Source of the DNA: an uncultured virus (IMG/VR IMGVR_UViG_3300031885_002559)
Taxonomy: Duplodnaviria > Heunggongvirae > Uroviricota > Caudoviricetes
Reading direction: 5' to 3' (one strand)
DNA length: 64,000 nt
Virus record (IMG/VR): IMGVR_UViG_3300031885_002559
The notes beneath the pieces are model-generated. The model was not told where the DNA came from. It did not search any database and worked only from the letters and a program-made list of their open reading frames with translations. Positions 9,263 to 19,295 of the stretch are shown here, one piece after another (positions within the stretch are counted from its first letter, which is position 1; the number at the start of each line of letters is the position of its first letter). The position numbers and the translations under genes were made by a program.

Positions 9263-11530
9263 TTACGTGTTAACGTTGTTCAGAGTTGCTCCAGACTCGC
9301 GCACCGTGGCGTTGATGAAGATGCGCTCTGCGACATCCGTCGGCACGATGGCCAGATCGACGATGACCTCCCGGTGGTTCCGGGTGTCAGCCGTGTTGTT
9401 CCGGTCGTCCACGACGAGTTCGTACTCCTCGATGCCGCGCTCGTTGCGCACCTTGTCCAGAAACTCCGTGAAGGCGAGCCGGATATGGATGAGCAGTTCG
9501 AGATCGTTCGGATCGAAGACGAACTTGCGGGCAACGTCGGCCAGCCCATCCACCACGTAATTGACGAGGATGACCGAGTGAACTGCCGTGAGCTTGGACT
9601 CGGCGCGCTGCATCGTGCGCTCGCCGTAGAGCAGGTAGCGGCCCCGGATGCGGAGCAGCGGGTTGACGCTGTTGCCTGCGCCGTACATCGCCTGCCGCAC
9701 GTCGTTGCTGACCTTCTCGTACTGAACCGAGAGGGCCTCGGGAATGAACCCGCGATTCTCGCCTGCCGCCGCGTACCACGGCTTGTCGCGGTCAAAGGTG
9801 AACGCCATCGCCCGGAGAGTTGCCAGCGTGGGCGGCACCAGCTTGATCAAGCCAGTGAACCGGTCGGTCATGCGGAACCAGTTCCAGTAGATCGCGATGT
9901 TCGCGTCGTCGATGCGACCACGACCAGTCCAGCGGCCTGTGCCATTGTGCCAGTCGATGGCTTCCCACGGATTGAGGTCAGGCGGCACGTCCGCCAGTGC
10001 CAGCGCGTTCACCTTGCGCGCCACGCGAGCCATCTCCTGCATGACCGCCATGCCTGCCACCGTCGCATTGGTCCCGAAGTTCGCCGAGTCCATCGGGGCA
10101 GCGAGGAGGTTGATGTCCACGTTGTCGATGTCCTCGAACGCCTTGAGGCCGGTAAACGTGTCGGTAGCCGGGTCGTATGTCCCGACGAAGTCTGCCTCCT
10201 GCGCGTTGTTGCCGTTGTACCCCTGCGTGAATTGGCCTCCCGTGGACCACGTCGTTCCCGAGGCAGACAGGATGCCAGCGTTGATCGCACCCGTGGGCAT
10301 ACCCAGCGGCGGCCCCGCATTCGTGCCGTAGTAGTTCACGTCCCACGGTGCCGCCGTATTGGCCGCATGGTAGGTGTCCGTGTCGTCGGCATTGACGATG
10401 TAGACGTACTGGGAAATGTCGTTGATCCGGGTCGTGTAGAAGTTCGACGAAGTCGGATCGTTCGACAGGTTGTCGTGGGTTTCCGCAAGGCCGCCGTCCA
10501 CGAAGACTTCCATCTTCTTGGAACCGGGGGCCGACCCCGGACGAACCCGAATGTAGAGCCCAGTCTTGGAGTTCGCACCATTGGCCCACTCACCCTCGGT
10601 GGTCGCCTCAACCCAAAGGAAAGGAACCCGCCCGGTGGCCTTGTAGAGCACACCAGACGTATACGTGTCCTGAAGAGCCACGGCCTGATACCCAAGCCGC
10701 GTGCTGTCGGAGGTCTCAAGCACGATGGTGCCGTTAAGCACCTGCTTGATCCTGACCTCGGGTGTTTCCGAGTAATTGCCGGTCTGCTTGATCTTGTAGA
10801 CTCCGCCGACCGTCAGGGTGCTCCAGTTAGCTGCGACCACAAACTGGTACGCATTCTTGCTGCCGGTGACTGCGCCGTACGTCGTCATCGGGAAATCGGT
10901 CAGCATCGTAGAGTCAGACCCGTAGGTGTAGGCGTAAACGACGCCTTCAGCCTTGTTGGCCGCACTGCCGTACTTGCTATACCCTAGAGAGGCCCCGATG
11001 TACGTCGCGCTCAGCGTCTCACCATCCAGAGCCACAATGCTGCCAGACGCGCTCAAAACGGGCACATTGACCGTGCTCGCTTTGCCGTCCTCCTTCAGCG
11101 ACAGGTAGAGCTGGCCCGACGGGTCGGAAGACAGCAGAGCGTTGACCACGGCAGCTTGGTTGAGGTTCGTCGTGAACGATCCAGCTCCAGCCGTGCCCAC
11201 ACCGTCCGCTTGATCGAGCGCAGCATACCGGTTGCCAACACGGACGACGGTCATGTCGTTCGTGAAGTCGGCAATCATCGAGACAGCATCGGCCAGATAA
11301 AAGCCGTTGTCGCTCGGAGTGCCGTTGGCGTTGTAGCTGCCCGTGATCGGGCGTCCAAACGTCATGACGAACTCCTTCAACGACCGCACCTTGATGGGAG
11401 TGTCGAAGAGGCCCTTGGAGCAGACGCCGATCAAACCGGGACGAAACCGACTGGTGCGCTCAGTGATGAACGACTGGTCGATGATCTGCGTGTATACCCC
11501 GGGAAAGGTTTTTGCACTTGTGTCAGCCAT
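9263..11530 (-). CDS. gp18: Contractile tail sheath protein
   Basis: FPGVYTQIID N-terminus; PWYAAAGENRG, VNPL, YGERT, FVFDPND, VDDRNNT, IVPTDVAERIFI C-terminal sheath motifs. Confidence 0.95.
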   Translation of the reverse strand: MADTSAKTFPGVYTQIIDQSFITERTSRFRPGLIGVCSKGLFDTPIKVRSLKEFVMTFGRPITGSYNANGTPSDNGFYLADAVSMIADFTNDMTVVRVGNRYAALDQADGVGTAGAGSFTTNLNQAAVVNALLSSDPSGQLYLSLKEDGKASTVNVPVLSASGSIVALDGETLSATYIGASLGYSKYGSAANKAEGVVYAYTYGSDSTMLTDFPMTTYGAVTGSKNAYQFVVAANWSTLTVGGVYKIKQTGNYSETPEVRIKQVLNGTIVLETSDSTRLGYQAVALQDTYTSGVLYKATGRVPFLWVEATTEGEWANGANSKTGLYIRVRPGSAPGSKKMEVFVDGGLAETHDNLSNDPTSSNFYTTRINDISQYVYIVNADDTDTYHAANTAAPWDVNYYGTNAGPPLGMPTGAINAGILSASGTTWSTGGQFTQGYNGNNAQEADFVGTYDPATDTFTGLKAFEDIDNVDINLLAAPMDSANFGTNATVAGMAVMQEMARVARKVNALALADVPPDLNPWEAIDWHNGTGRWTGRGRIDDANIAIYWNWFRMTDRFTGLIKLVPPTLATLRAMAFTFDRDKPWYAAAGENRGFIPEALSVQYEKVSNDVRQAMYGAGNSVNPLLRIRGRYLLYGERTMQRAESKLTAVHSVILVNYVVDGLADVARKFVFDPNDLELLIHIRLAFTEFLDKVRNERGIEEYELVVDDRNNTADTRNHREVIVDLAIVPTDVAERIFINATVRESGATLNNVNT

Positions 11531-11596
11531 AAACTCTGTTCGTTTTAACTACTCGTGTCGGGCGCGAGTGTTGGGTTCATCGTCAGTTTTACGATC

Positions 11597-12814
11597 TCAG
11601 GCCAGTACCCGGCTCCACGACCACCGGAAATTAAGGGTCAGCGTGTGCGTGTTCGCCTTCGTCTGGGCCTCATCAAAAACGAAGACGTAGGCGTTGTTAG
11701 CTTGCTGGTAGCAGAAGTAGAGATTTGGGCTGTGCGCGCCAAAACCCATTGAGTTCCAGTCCGACCTGTTTCCGTTTCCAACAGCGAAAGTGGCGCTCTT
11801 GTCCTGATAGTAGCTGCCGGTCGTATACGAGAGCTTGCCCATGTTCGTGTACGCGACATTCGCCGAGCGTGTGGAACCCACGCCAAAAGCAGCCGGGGCT
11901 GACGCGTCCGTTGACAGGTAGACGCCGATTGTACTCCCGGTGGAAGGCTCGTTCCCGTAGTGGCCATAGATGCCCTGAATCAGACCGAGCGTACTGACCG
12001 TACTCACGGCGTACGCCTGTAGCTGCTCGTCGCCGTCGGTAGTGACGGCGGGAGAAACGGGCCACCCGTTGATGATTGCAGTCTTAGGCGCGCTGGCGGA
12101 GGGTGCCAGCGTCACATTCAACTGGTAGACGAGGCGAAGCTGCTGTCCGTTCAGCACAGGCACCGGCCCCGGCAGCAAAATGCGCGAGAAGAGCGTGGAA
12201 GCCCCGGCTGCCGCCCACGACACGCCAACCTCAGTGTAGTTGACGGTGCCCCCACCTTCCGCCGTGAAATCGTATGTCCGGCGATGCTCTAAGACGTTCC
12301 CGACAATCGTCGTACCGCAGTAGGGCGTGCCGGTCAGGTACGTGTTGCTCCGTTTGACCTCACTGACCAAACCCGTCTGGTTCGTATTGTATACGGTAAA
12401 CTCAGCTCCCGTAACCGATACTGAGTTCGTTACGATGACGCTGGTGGGGCTGACCACCGTCGAAATCGTTGCCTCTTCCCCGGTGTCCCACTTGATGACA
12501 TTTCCAGCGTCTACGATAGTGCTCGTAAAGACGAACGAGCCACCGGTCAGCGTCACTGCGGTCCCCACTTGAGCTGCCGTGGTGACCCCGCTGTCGTCGC
12601 TAGTCGGTGTAGTGCCCGTCCCAGCCACGCCGTAGGTGAACAAGTCGCACCACGGGCTGATTGAGACCCGGTCCATCCCGTTGTTGAGGATCAAGTTCTT
12701 GATCCAGCCGGGCGACTCGCAGACGACTTCTTTCGTGGCCGCGTCAACCACCTGCCAACGGAAAAAGCCTTGGGCTCGCTGGTTGAACTCTGGTGCTGAG
12801 ATTTGGGCATTCAT
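11597..12814 (-). CDS. Putative tail/baseplate structural protein
   Basis: KNLILNNG, GTGTTP, YTEVGV, LFSR motifs; Thr/Gly-rich beta protein; next to the sheath gene. Confidence 0.6.
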   Translation of the reverse strand: MNAQISAPEFNQRAQGFFRWQVVDAATKEVVCESPGWIKNLILNNGMDRVSISPWCDLFTYGVAGTGTTPTSDDSGVTTAAQVGTAVTLTGGSFVFTSTIVDAGNVIKWDTGEEATISTVVSPTSVIVTNSVSVTGAEFTVYNTNQTGLVSEVKRSNTYLTGTPYCGTTIVGNVLEHRRTYDFTAEGGGTVNYTEVGVSWAAAGASTLFSRILLPGPVPVLNGQQLRLVYQLNVTLAPSASAPKTAIINGWPVSPAVTTDGDEQLQAYAVSTVSTLGLIQGIYGHYGNEPSTGSTIGVYLSTDASAPAAFGVGSTRSANVAYTNMGKLSYTTGSYYQDKSATFAVGNGNRSDWNSMGFGAHSPNLYFCYQQANNAYVFVFDEAQTKANTHTLTLNFRWSWSRVLA

Positions 12815-12816
12815 GG

Positions 12817-14334
12817 CTAAGCGTATGTGCCGTTGAGGAAGCCAGAGGCCATCGACCCGCTTGCGTAAAACGTTCCGGCCCCGAAAATCATCTGTGTGTG
12901 CGTTCCGTTCATCAATCCGGCAAACATGGTGCCGTTCTCGTAGTAACTACCGGCTCCGACCGTCACATTCAGGTACGTGCCGTCAAAGAGCGCCGAAACG
13001 ATTGTGCCGCTTTCAGTGCCCGCATTGACGAAAACTGTCGTGTCGGTGTAGCTGCCGCTGTAAACCCCGGACATCACCGTCCCCCACTCAACGGCAGTCC
13101 CTCCGTCCACGCTGATTAGCGTGTGGGTGCCGCCAAGGATACTTGAGCTTGAAATCCCGCCGTCCTCGTTCGTATAGAGGTCCATCGAGCCTACCAGCAG
13201 CCTGCTAGAGCCACCGGCCTCTTCTGGCCCCATCAGCATAGGCAGGTCAACCACGACCGGACCCACGACAACCATATCGGTGCCGAAGCCGCTTGGATTC
13301 GTATACCCATTCAGGTGGATGACAGGCTCAACGGTGAGACTGAACTGCCCAAACTGGTTTGCACCAACGTTGCTGAGACTGAGCAGGGGCACCGGGGCGC
13401 TGTCGGGCTCGCCGCGCCCTTCCAGCGCGACGGCGCACGTGCCGTTCGATGGGACGTTGGTCCGACTATCGAGGGTGGGGTTCTGATTTTGTATACGTCC
13501 GTCAAATCGGGCGTACTCCACGAAGGCGTTCTCAAGCGCCGTAGGCTCGACCGACCCGGAACCGAGCACGAGATACCAGAGCGCCGGATAGATTTTGAAG
13601 CGCAGGTCAACGTCGAAGCCCTCGACGACCACCGTGATGCTCGTGCGGAACTCTACGTTCTTGCCGGGTTCAGGCTCTTCCGGCGTCATGCTCTCGATCT
13701 CTCCGTCGAGATAAAGCCGAACCAACATTTCACCGTAGCCCGGGTAGGGAACCTTGATCCACGTCTGCGGCACGCCGCCTGTGCGCCACATCTCGTTCAT
13801 GAACTGCTGAAGGAAAAACGCAACGGTGTCAGGCCGGTTGGAGAAGAAGTCGATCTGGAAGCGATAGTCCCACGCCATCGGACGGCGCGCCGTAGTAACC
13901 TCCCCAAGCGCACAGCGCTGCAAGCCTGTGCCCTGCTGGTTCTTGCCGGGGATTACGCTGCCCGTGTCGCTTACCGTTGGCCAGTTGATATGCCGCCAAC
14001 GGTGAATCGAGAAGTTCTGGTACGAGCGATACTTCCAGCCCTTGCGGTGGACGGAGATGATCGGGTACCGGATCGGAGAGGGGTAAGGCTCGTACAGCGG
14101 TTTTCCGCAGTCGTCCTTCAGCGAAAGAAGATAGCCGAACGGATTGTTCGCGTCGCCCCAAAGCTGGGCGAACGCGCCGAAGGCATCCATCGGGCTGGTG
14201 AACACCACCGGCACCGGGTAGCCCTCTCTGACTTGGAATAGTCCATTGAGCCAGCGTTGCAGAGCCAGCTCGTGATACCTCATCGAAGTACCGCCCAACG
14301 AGCCCGCTCTGGCCGTGAGTGTGCCGTCAGCCAT
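12817..14334 (-). CDS. Tail terminator / sheath stabiliser (gp15-like) with C-terminal extension
   Basis: VPVVFTSP, YPIISVHR, PMAWDYRFQIDF, FRTSITVVVEG pattern; position in the tail module. Confidence 0.55.
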   Translation of the reverse strand: MADGTLTARAGSLGGTSMRYHELALQRWLNGLFQVREGYPVPVVFTSPMDAFGAFAQLWGDANNPFGYLLSLKDDCGKPLYEPYPSPIRYPIISVHRKGWKYRSYQNFSIHRWRHINWPTVSDTGSVIPGKNQQGTGLQRCALGEVTTARRPMAWDYRFQIDFFSNRPDTVAFFLQQFMNEMWRTGGVPQTWIKVPYPGYGEMLVRLYLDGEIESMTPEEPEPGKNVEFRTSITVVVEGFDVDLRFKIYPALWYLVLGSGSVEPTALENAFVEYARFDGRIQNQNPTLDSRTNVPSNGTCAVALEGRGEPDSAPVPLLSLSNVGANQFGQFSLTVEPVIHLNGYTNPSGFGTDMVVVGPVVVDLPMLMGPEEAGGSSRLLVGSMDLYTNEDGGISSSSILGGTHTLISVDGGTAVEWGTVMSGVYSGSYTDTTVFVNAGTESGTIVSALFDGTYLNVTVGAGSYYENGTMFAGLMNGTHTQMIFGAGTFYASGSMASGFLNGTYA

Positions 14335-14361
14335 ACCCTAACTATGGCCGACGAAAACGGA

Positions 14362-14622
14362 TTACACCGGAACGAGCAGGCTCGACTGCATCTTGACGAC
14401 GGTGCCGTTCTCAAGCTCCACGTCAACGAAGCCCGGATTGGCCTCCGAAGTCGAACGGACTTTGCCCTTCGCACCAGAATAGCCAGAAATCGGATCGTCG
14501 ATAACCGCGACTGTCGCACCGGCCTTGATGTCCTCGCTCAGAATCCGGTTCACGGCAGTCTGAACAAAGTTCTTGGCCTTGCTCTCGATGGACTCTGCGA
14601 TGATCTGCTTGATGTCTTTCAT
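14362..14622 (-). CDS. Small hypothetical protein (SH3/KOW-like C-terminus)
   Basis: MKDIKQIIAES start; GATVAVID...GKV...VDVELENG. Confidence 0.5.
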   Translation of the reverse strand: MKDIKQIIAESIESKAKNFVQTAVNRILSEDIKAGATVAVIDDPISGYSGAKGKVRSTSEANPGFVDVELENGTVVKMQSSLLVPV

Positions 14623-14627
14623 GCGTT

Positions 14628-14984
14628 CTAAATACGCGTTTCGTCCGTCACACCGGCCAAAATCACGTCGTTGATGTCTTCGTATCCCACAAACCACGCT
14701 GTACCCAGCCTGAGCCGCCGAAGCGTGCCCTCAGCCGAGCCGTCTGCTTTAACTACCAGCTTCCCGCGCACGAGCACAAGGCGCATCCCCTCGGCGGCCC
14801 GGTCCATGTCCTTCCGAAAGTCCTCGATCCGCTTGGGCAGGTCAGGCACAGGCTTCTTCGTCGCGACGTTTTCCAGCCAATCCATGACCGCCCGAACGAT
14901 CTTCTGGCGCTGCGCACGGTCATCCGTCAGCTCCTTGAACGTCGAGTTCATGGCGTCTACAAACGGCTGTTCGAGATCAATCAC
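14628..14984 (-). CDS. Hypothetical protein
   Basis: GTG overlapping the upstream stop; packed operon. Confidence 0.5.
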   Translation of the reverse strand: MIDLEQPFVDAMNSTFKELTDDRAQRQKIVRAVMDWLENVATKKPVPDLPKRIEDFRKDMDRAAEGMRLVLVRGKLVVKADGSAEGTLRRLRLGTAWFVGYEDINDVILAGVTDETRI

Positions 14985-15292
14985 GCCCTGTCCTCTCTGT
15001 CGCCAACCATTGGCGTATACGTGCCTTCTGGGTAAACCGAGTAGGTGAAGACTTGCGACAAAAAACCCTGCTCTCGCAGCCACTGCTTCCATTTTTCAAC
15101 CGCCTCTTCCTCCGATACCGCTGTGTCTGCCCACAAAAAATCCCTGCGATCTCCGGTCAGCGCATACTTTACGGTGAACTGCTTGCTCAGCGCTTGGTAA
15201 GCGTACCGTCGCGGCTCGTCATCAGGGTCAAAAACCGGGTCGGTCAACAGGCCGTCCAGCAGGGCGTATACGACTTGGGAGGCGAGGCTCAT
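14981..15292 (-). CDS. Hypothetical protein with VV.ALL(D/E) N-terminal motif
   Basis: MSLASQVVYALLD...FDPDDEPRRYA, similar to 49499-49882. Confidence 0.55.
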   Translation of the reverse strand: MSLASQVVYALLDGLLTDPVFDPDDEPRRYAYQALSKQFTVKYALTGDRRDFLWADTAVSEEEAVEKWKQWLREQGFLSQVFTYSVYPEGTYTPMVGDREDRA

Positions 15293-15840
15293 ACTTCGGG
15301 TAGGGGCCGGGTCTGAACCAACTCCCGAGGAACCACCACGCCCATGTTTGTAGTAGGCCGGGCGTCACCGTCCGCCGGGATGATCGTCTCGCAGATGAGG
15401 CCAAGCCAAACGTTAGTCTGCTGCCAGAACATTTCAGGCTCCATGACCACGTTGATGATCAAGTTCCGGTAGCCGTTGTAGTAGATGAAGTCCCCGCGCA
15501 TAGGGAAGTAGTCCGCTTCGGCCAGCAGAAGATTTGCGCACCAAAACTTCATTTTCTGCTGTGGCACCAGCCCCACCCGCGTCAGCCTCCAATCGGCCCG
15601 TTCGGCGCGCACGATGGTTGGCATGTTGAACGCCCTCGAAAAGACCGTTCTATCGTCGAGTGGAACGTGCCACAGGTCATCGAACTTTTCGGAACGACGG
15701 TCAACCTCGAAGTACTTGGGGTGAGGGCGGCCACTGCCGACCTTCACGTATTCAGCGTGCATCGAAAGAGCCGTAACGACATCTTGCCTTGTAAAAAGCT
15801 CAGGATCGTATAAAAACTCGCGCCTATCATTGAATCTCAC
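15289..15840 (-). CDS. Putative neck / head-closure protein (gp14-like)
   Basis: DDLWH, PMRGDFIYYNG, FWQ pattern; preceded by the TAGTTA motif. Confidence 0.5.
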   Translation of the reverse strand: MRFNDRREFLYDPELFTRQDVVTALSMHAEYVKVGSGRPHPKYFEVDRRSEKFDDLWHVPLDDRTVFSRAFNMPTIVRAERADWRLTRVGLVPQQKMKFWCANLLLAEADYFPMRGDFIYYNGYRNLIINVVMEPEMFWQQTNVWLGLICETIIPADGDARPTTNMGVVVPRELVQTRPLPEV

Positions 15841-15856
15841 ACCGTAACTATCTCAG

Positions 15857-16168
15857 ATGAAGAAGCCAGCCGCCCTGACCGCCCTCATCGAAGACCTGCG
15901 AGCCGAAGTCCTCAACACTTCGGTCGGAGCCTACGCCGAGTCCAAAGCCGTCATCTACCTTGACGATGACGCCGCCGGGGACGAAGACGGAATCGTTTTG
16001 CACCACTCAGACTGCGAGGTCTTGTTCCACTCGGCCAAGACCGTGGACAGCCTGTTTGAAGCGCTGAGCAACCCGACAGAAGCCTCGATTGAACTTCACG
16101 AGCTGGACCTCGCCGCCGACGCTCTGAACGCGATGGAGCGGCGGTTTGTGGCGGTGGATGAGGTCTGA
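15857..16168 (+). CDS. Hypothetical acidic protein
   Basis: ORF divergent from the neck gene and coupled to the hub gene. Confidence 0.55.
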   Translation: MKKPAALTALIEDLRAEVLNTSVGAYAESKAVIYLDDDAAGDEDGIVLHHSDCEVLFHSAKTVDSLFEALSNPTEASIELHELDLAADALNAMERRFVAVDEV

Positions 16169-16170
16169 CT

Positions 16171-17487
16171 ATGGCGCAAAAGTTCCAGCTTGAAGGCCGG
16201 GCACTGACCCAGTTTGAACTGGTGATGCCGAACCGTACAACGACCGTGCTCGACAGCGGCCTTGTGAGTTATATTGGCAGCACGCTCAACGACTCTGTAT
16301 ACGCTTCAGCCGTATACAACCACCGGCTAACCACCGTCACGCTCGACGTAGTGGACCGGCTGCTGCGTCAGGCGATGGCGACACCAACGCCGAGGTTGCG
16401 CTTCAGGCTGGGCGTTGGCAACCCGGACTACGCGTACTGGTTGCCGTGGCAGAACCACGTCATCATCACGTACAGCACCAGTCCAACCAGCATCGGCGAC
16501 ACGTCCGGCCACCTCATCCACATCGTTACCGGCGACGAGATATACGCCAACAACCGGGCGTCGAAGGTCGCTGCCCGCAAGGGGAAGATCAGCGACATCA
16601 TCAGGAGCATCGCCGCCGAAAACTCTTGGAAAGACCTCGTCATCGAGCCCACCGTAGGCGAAGGCGTATACACGCAGACGTTTGAGTCAGACGTGGAGTT
16701 CATCCGCAATCGGCTGGTTCGCCGGGCACTCAACTCCAAGGGCTTTGCCAACTACCTCTTCTACTTCAAAGACGGCGTGCTCCACTTTCACACGCCAGAG
16801 TACCAAGCAGGCGTCGTGCGAATGCCGTTTTACCAGATGGCGGGCTCAGCCCTCACTCAGACGGACTACAGCCAAAAGCTCTTCGAGCGCGGCATCGCTG
16901 GCGTCAGGATGATTGCGCACGATCCGTATACAGGAGAAAGCCGCGAGATTCTGAGCAACCCGTCCAAAGCGATTCGGTACGCAGATTCAACGTACCCCAC
17001 TGCCGGGCTCAGCGGGGCGCAGCTCAACATCCCCTACCACCTGAGCACGAACCCGCCCGAAGAAGCGGCAGCGCTTGCGCAGGCCAGCTACGCCGAGACA
17101 CATTTTGCCGGGTTCCAGATCAAGGCTGACATCGACAAGTTCATCGGTGTACGGGCAGGCGACATCGTGGACTTCCTGCTCACGCCACGCCTCGACAGCG
17201 CCTCGCCGTGGTCAGGCAACTGGCTGGTGTCGGAAGTCGTCCACGATGTTGACCAAGGGTCAGTGACTAGCCGGTACTCACTCATCCGTGGGGAGATCAA
17301 GAAGACGCGGGCCAACGTGAGCGTGGGAGCTGCTGGAAGCCAACTGGTGCCTGAGCAGGAAGCCCCCGGCCAAGACCTGAACCTGCCAGAAATCAACACC
17401 AGCGAACGGACGAAGGGGGCTGCAAAACAAACGCCCGGCAGAGTGTTTACAACCCTGTCGGACGCGAGCAAAGCACCGCTCGGTTAA
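16171..17487 (+). CDS. Baseplate hub protein (gp27/gpD/VgrG-like)
   Basis: GKISDIIRSIA, QTFESDVEFI, YLFYFKDGVLHF, WSGNWLVSEVVHDV motifs. Confidence 0.75.
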   Translation: MAQKFQLEGRALTQFELVMPNRTTTVLDSGLVSYIGSTLNDSVYASAVYNHRLTTVTLDVVDRLLRQAMATPTPRLRFRLGVGNPDYAYWLPWQNHVIITYSTSPTSIGDTSGHLIHIVTGDEIYANNRASKVAARKGKISDIIRSIAAENSWKDLVIEPTVGEGVYTQTFESDVEFIRNRLVRRALNSKGFANYLFYFKDGVLHFHTPEYQAGVVRMPFYQMAGSALTQTDYSQKLFERGIAGVRMIAHDPYTGESREILSNPSKAIRYADSTYPTAGLSGAQLNIPYHLSTNPPEEAAALAQASYAETHFAGFQIKADIDKFIGVRAGDIVDFLLTPRLDSASPWSGNWLVSEVVHDVDQGSVTSRYSLIRGEIKKTRANVSVGAAGSQLVPEQEAPGQDLNLPEINTSERTKGAAKQTPGRVFTTLSDASKAPLG

Positions 17488-17933
17488 ATCGGGCCGGGCA
17501 CTTCCTTGGCTTGGAACAACTGCGGCGGATAGTACGGGTCGTCTTTGGCGAAACCCAACTCGTTCCACTGGCGCTGCGAGTCAATCTGCATACGCAGATT
17601 ACCCGTCGTCGTACCCGTGCAGTAAAGCTCCATGTAAGGACGCCGGTTTGTGATCGAAGAAGTCTTCTGGCCGCCGGGGACCACCGCGACGGCTCCCATG
17701 AGGTTGTACCGTGTGCCGGATACGCTGCGATCATCCGTCTCGCGCAAGAGGACGCTGAACTGGGTGTTGCCGACGTTCTCGAACGTGACGAGAGCTGTGG
17801 TCTCCGGCGTGCCGGAGATTGTCGGGGCGAACCAGTCAGTGGCGTAGAGACGAGAGGTCACGTAACCGGAAATCACGGGCACCTGTACGAAGTGCTTCCG
17901 AACTAGCGGTCGTGGGTATTCACCGGGATTCAT
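17484..17933 (-). CDS. Hypothetical virion protein
   Basis: Beta-rich ORF in the structural region. Confidence 0.5.
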   Translation of the reverse strand: MNPGEYPRPLVRKHFVQVPVISGYVTSRLYATDWFAPTISGTPETTALVTFENVGNTQFSVLLRETDDRSVSGTRYNLMGAVAVVPGGQKTSSITNRRPYMELYCTGTTTGNLRMQIDSQRQWNELGFAKDDPYYPPQLFQAKEVPGPI

Positions 17934-17963
17934 AGTCGGTTACGGTACGTGGTTGACCGGGGA

Positions 17964-19292
17964 TCAGGCTTCAACAGGCTCTTCTTCGAGTTCCTCTTCA
18001 GCCTCGCCTTCAGCTTCCGGTTCGGTGTCCTCCGTAGGCTCGGGCACGGCAAGCTCTTCTTCGCCTTCGCCCTCACCGGTTGGAGCCTCGGGGGCTTCTT
18101 CCGGGGGCGGCGCGAGCGCCGTCACGAGCTGCTGGAGCAGATCGCGCATCTGGTTGAGGATGCCGAGGGCGCTGTCACCTTCGGTATCAGCACCAAGCGC
18201 GCTGTCGCTGATCGGGGGCTCCATCGGAGGAAGCTCTTCATCAGGCATGGCCTCGGGCGACGCGCCAAACTCTGGCGTCGGCGGAGCACCCTGCTCATCA
18301 TCCAGCATCTCTTCGACGAGCTTGATCGCCTCTTGGATGTCTGTATCAATCGTCTTCATAGTTTCGCCATTCGATGTAACTACACGCGCAGTTTCGAGAC
18401 TCTCGCCGTACCGTGCTGCGCGGTATTGAGCAACGGTCGGAAATCCACCGGTCTGTACTTTGCCTTTGGTCTTCTCCAAACCCGCAGGCTTCTTACTTGT
18501 ATACGTTGGCCACCGGTTGGGGCGCTGTGCGTAGGGCACTACAACGCGGCGCAAGGCTGCTTCTTCGTCCTCGGGCGGCGGGGGGAGTTCAACTTCCGGC
18601 GGAAGCGCTGGAGCGCCGCGCTCTGGTCGGCCCGGACGAGCTGGGCGCGGCAGGCGCGGGCCTTCAGGCGCAATCTCTGCCTCGGGCGGCGCAGGAAGCT
18701 CAGGCCCGACCTGATTCCGAAGCTGAGCCCGCTGGCGAACAAGTTCTGCACGATCACGTGCCGCCGCCATTGCACCGGGAAAATCCGTCCAACGCTTGGT
18801 CGCGTACGTGAGCAGCTTGTCGAACTTCTCAGAGGTATCGGGCTGGTTGTTGGGAAACGCCGAGAGCAGGCCGTAGATGTACCCGCGCATGGCCAAGACG
18901 TGCTTACACAATCCGGGCACTGCTTTCGGGTTGGTCCTGCGCGGAGCCCTGTTCCACGCTTGGTTCAGGCTGCGCGCCCCGACAGCTCCAGAGCCCTTCT
19001 GCTTGTTGGCCCATGCCCAGCGATACCGAAAATCAGGGCAGGTGCAGTCCACGAGGCACTCAAGGTGCTGAAGAGGCTTCTGCTGCCGGTTACGGGGCCT
19101 GAAAAACTTCACGTACCCCCGGTGGCGCAGCCCGGTCGTGTTCGTACGGTGCGAGCGGAAATTGAAGGCGTAGTATACGGCGTCCCGGTAGGAGTCGATG
19201 TCCAGAGGCGGCCCGTTTACGTCCAGCGAACGGGTTACCCGCTTCGGATCGCTGATCCGAAACAGCTCATCGAATGTCATCCGGCGTGGCAT
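17964..19292 (-). CDS. SWIM-type Zn-finger protein with acidic Pro-rich tail
   Basis: CTCPDF...GLCKH; low-complexity C-terminus. Confidence 0.65.
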   Translation of the reverse strand: MPRRMTFDELFRISDPKRVTRSLDVNGPPLDIDSYRDAVYYAFNFRSHRTNTTGLRHRGYVKFFRPRNRQQKPLQHLECLVDCTCPDFRYRWAWANKQKGSGAVGARSLNQAWNRAPRRTNPKAVPGLCKHVLAMRGYIYGLLSAFPNNQPDTSEKFDKLLTYATKRWTDFPGAMAAARDRAELVRQRAQLRNQVGPELPAPPEAEIAPEGPRLPRPARPGRPERGAPALPPEVELPPPPEDEEAALRRVVVPYAQRPNRWPTYTSKKPAGLEKTKGKVQTGGFPTVAQYRAARYGESLETARVVTSNGETMKTIDTDIQEAIKLVEEMLDDEQGAPPTPEFGASPEAMPDEELPPMEPPISDSALGADTEGDSALGILNQMRDLLQQLVTALAPPPEEAPEAPTGEGEGEEELAVPEPTEDTEPEAEGEAEEELEEEPVEA

Positions 19293-19295
19293 AGA

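Noticed and set aside
9374..10987. Long antisense ORFs (also 17949-19679, 42301-43722, 43719-45212, 60679-61704, 25595-26740)
   Set aside because: Shadows of well-supported genes on the opposite strand in GC-rich DNA; no recognisable motifs.
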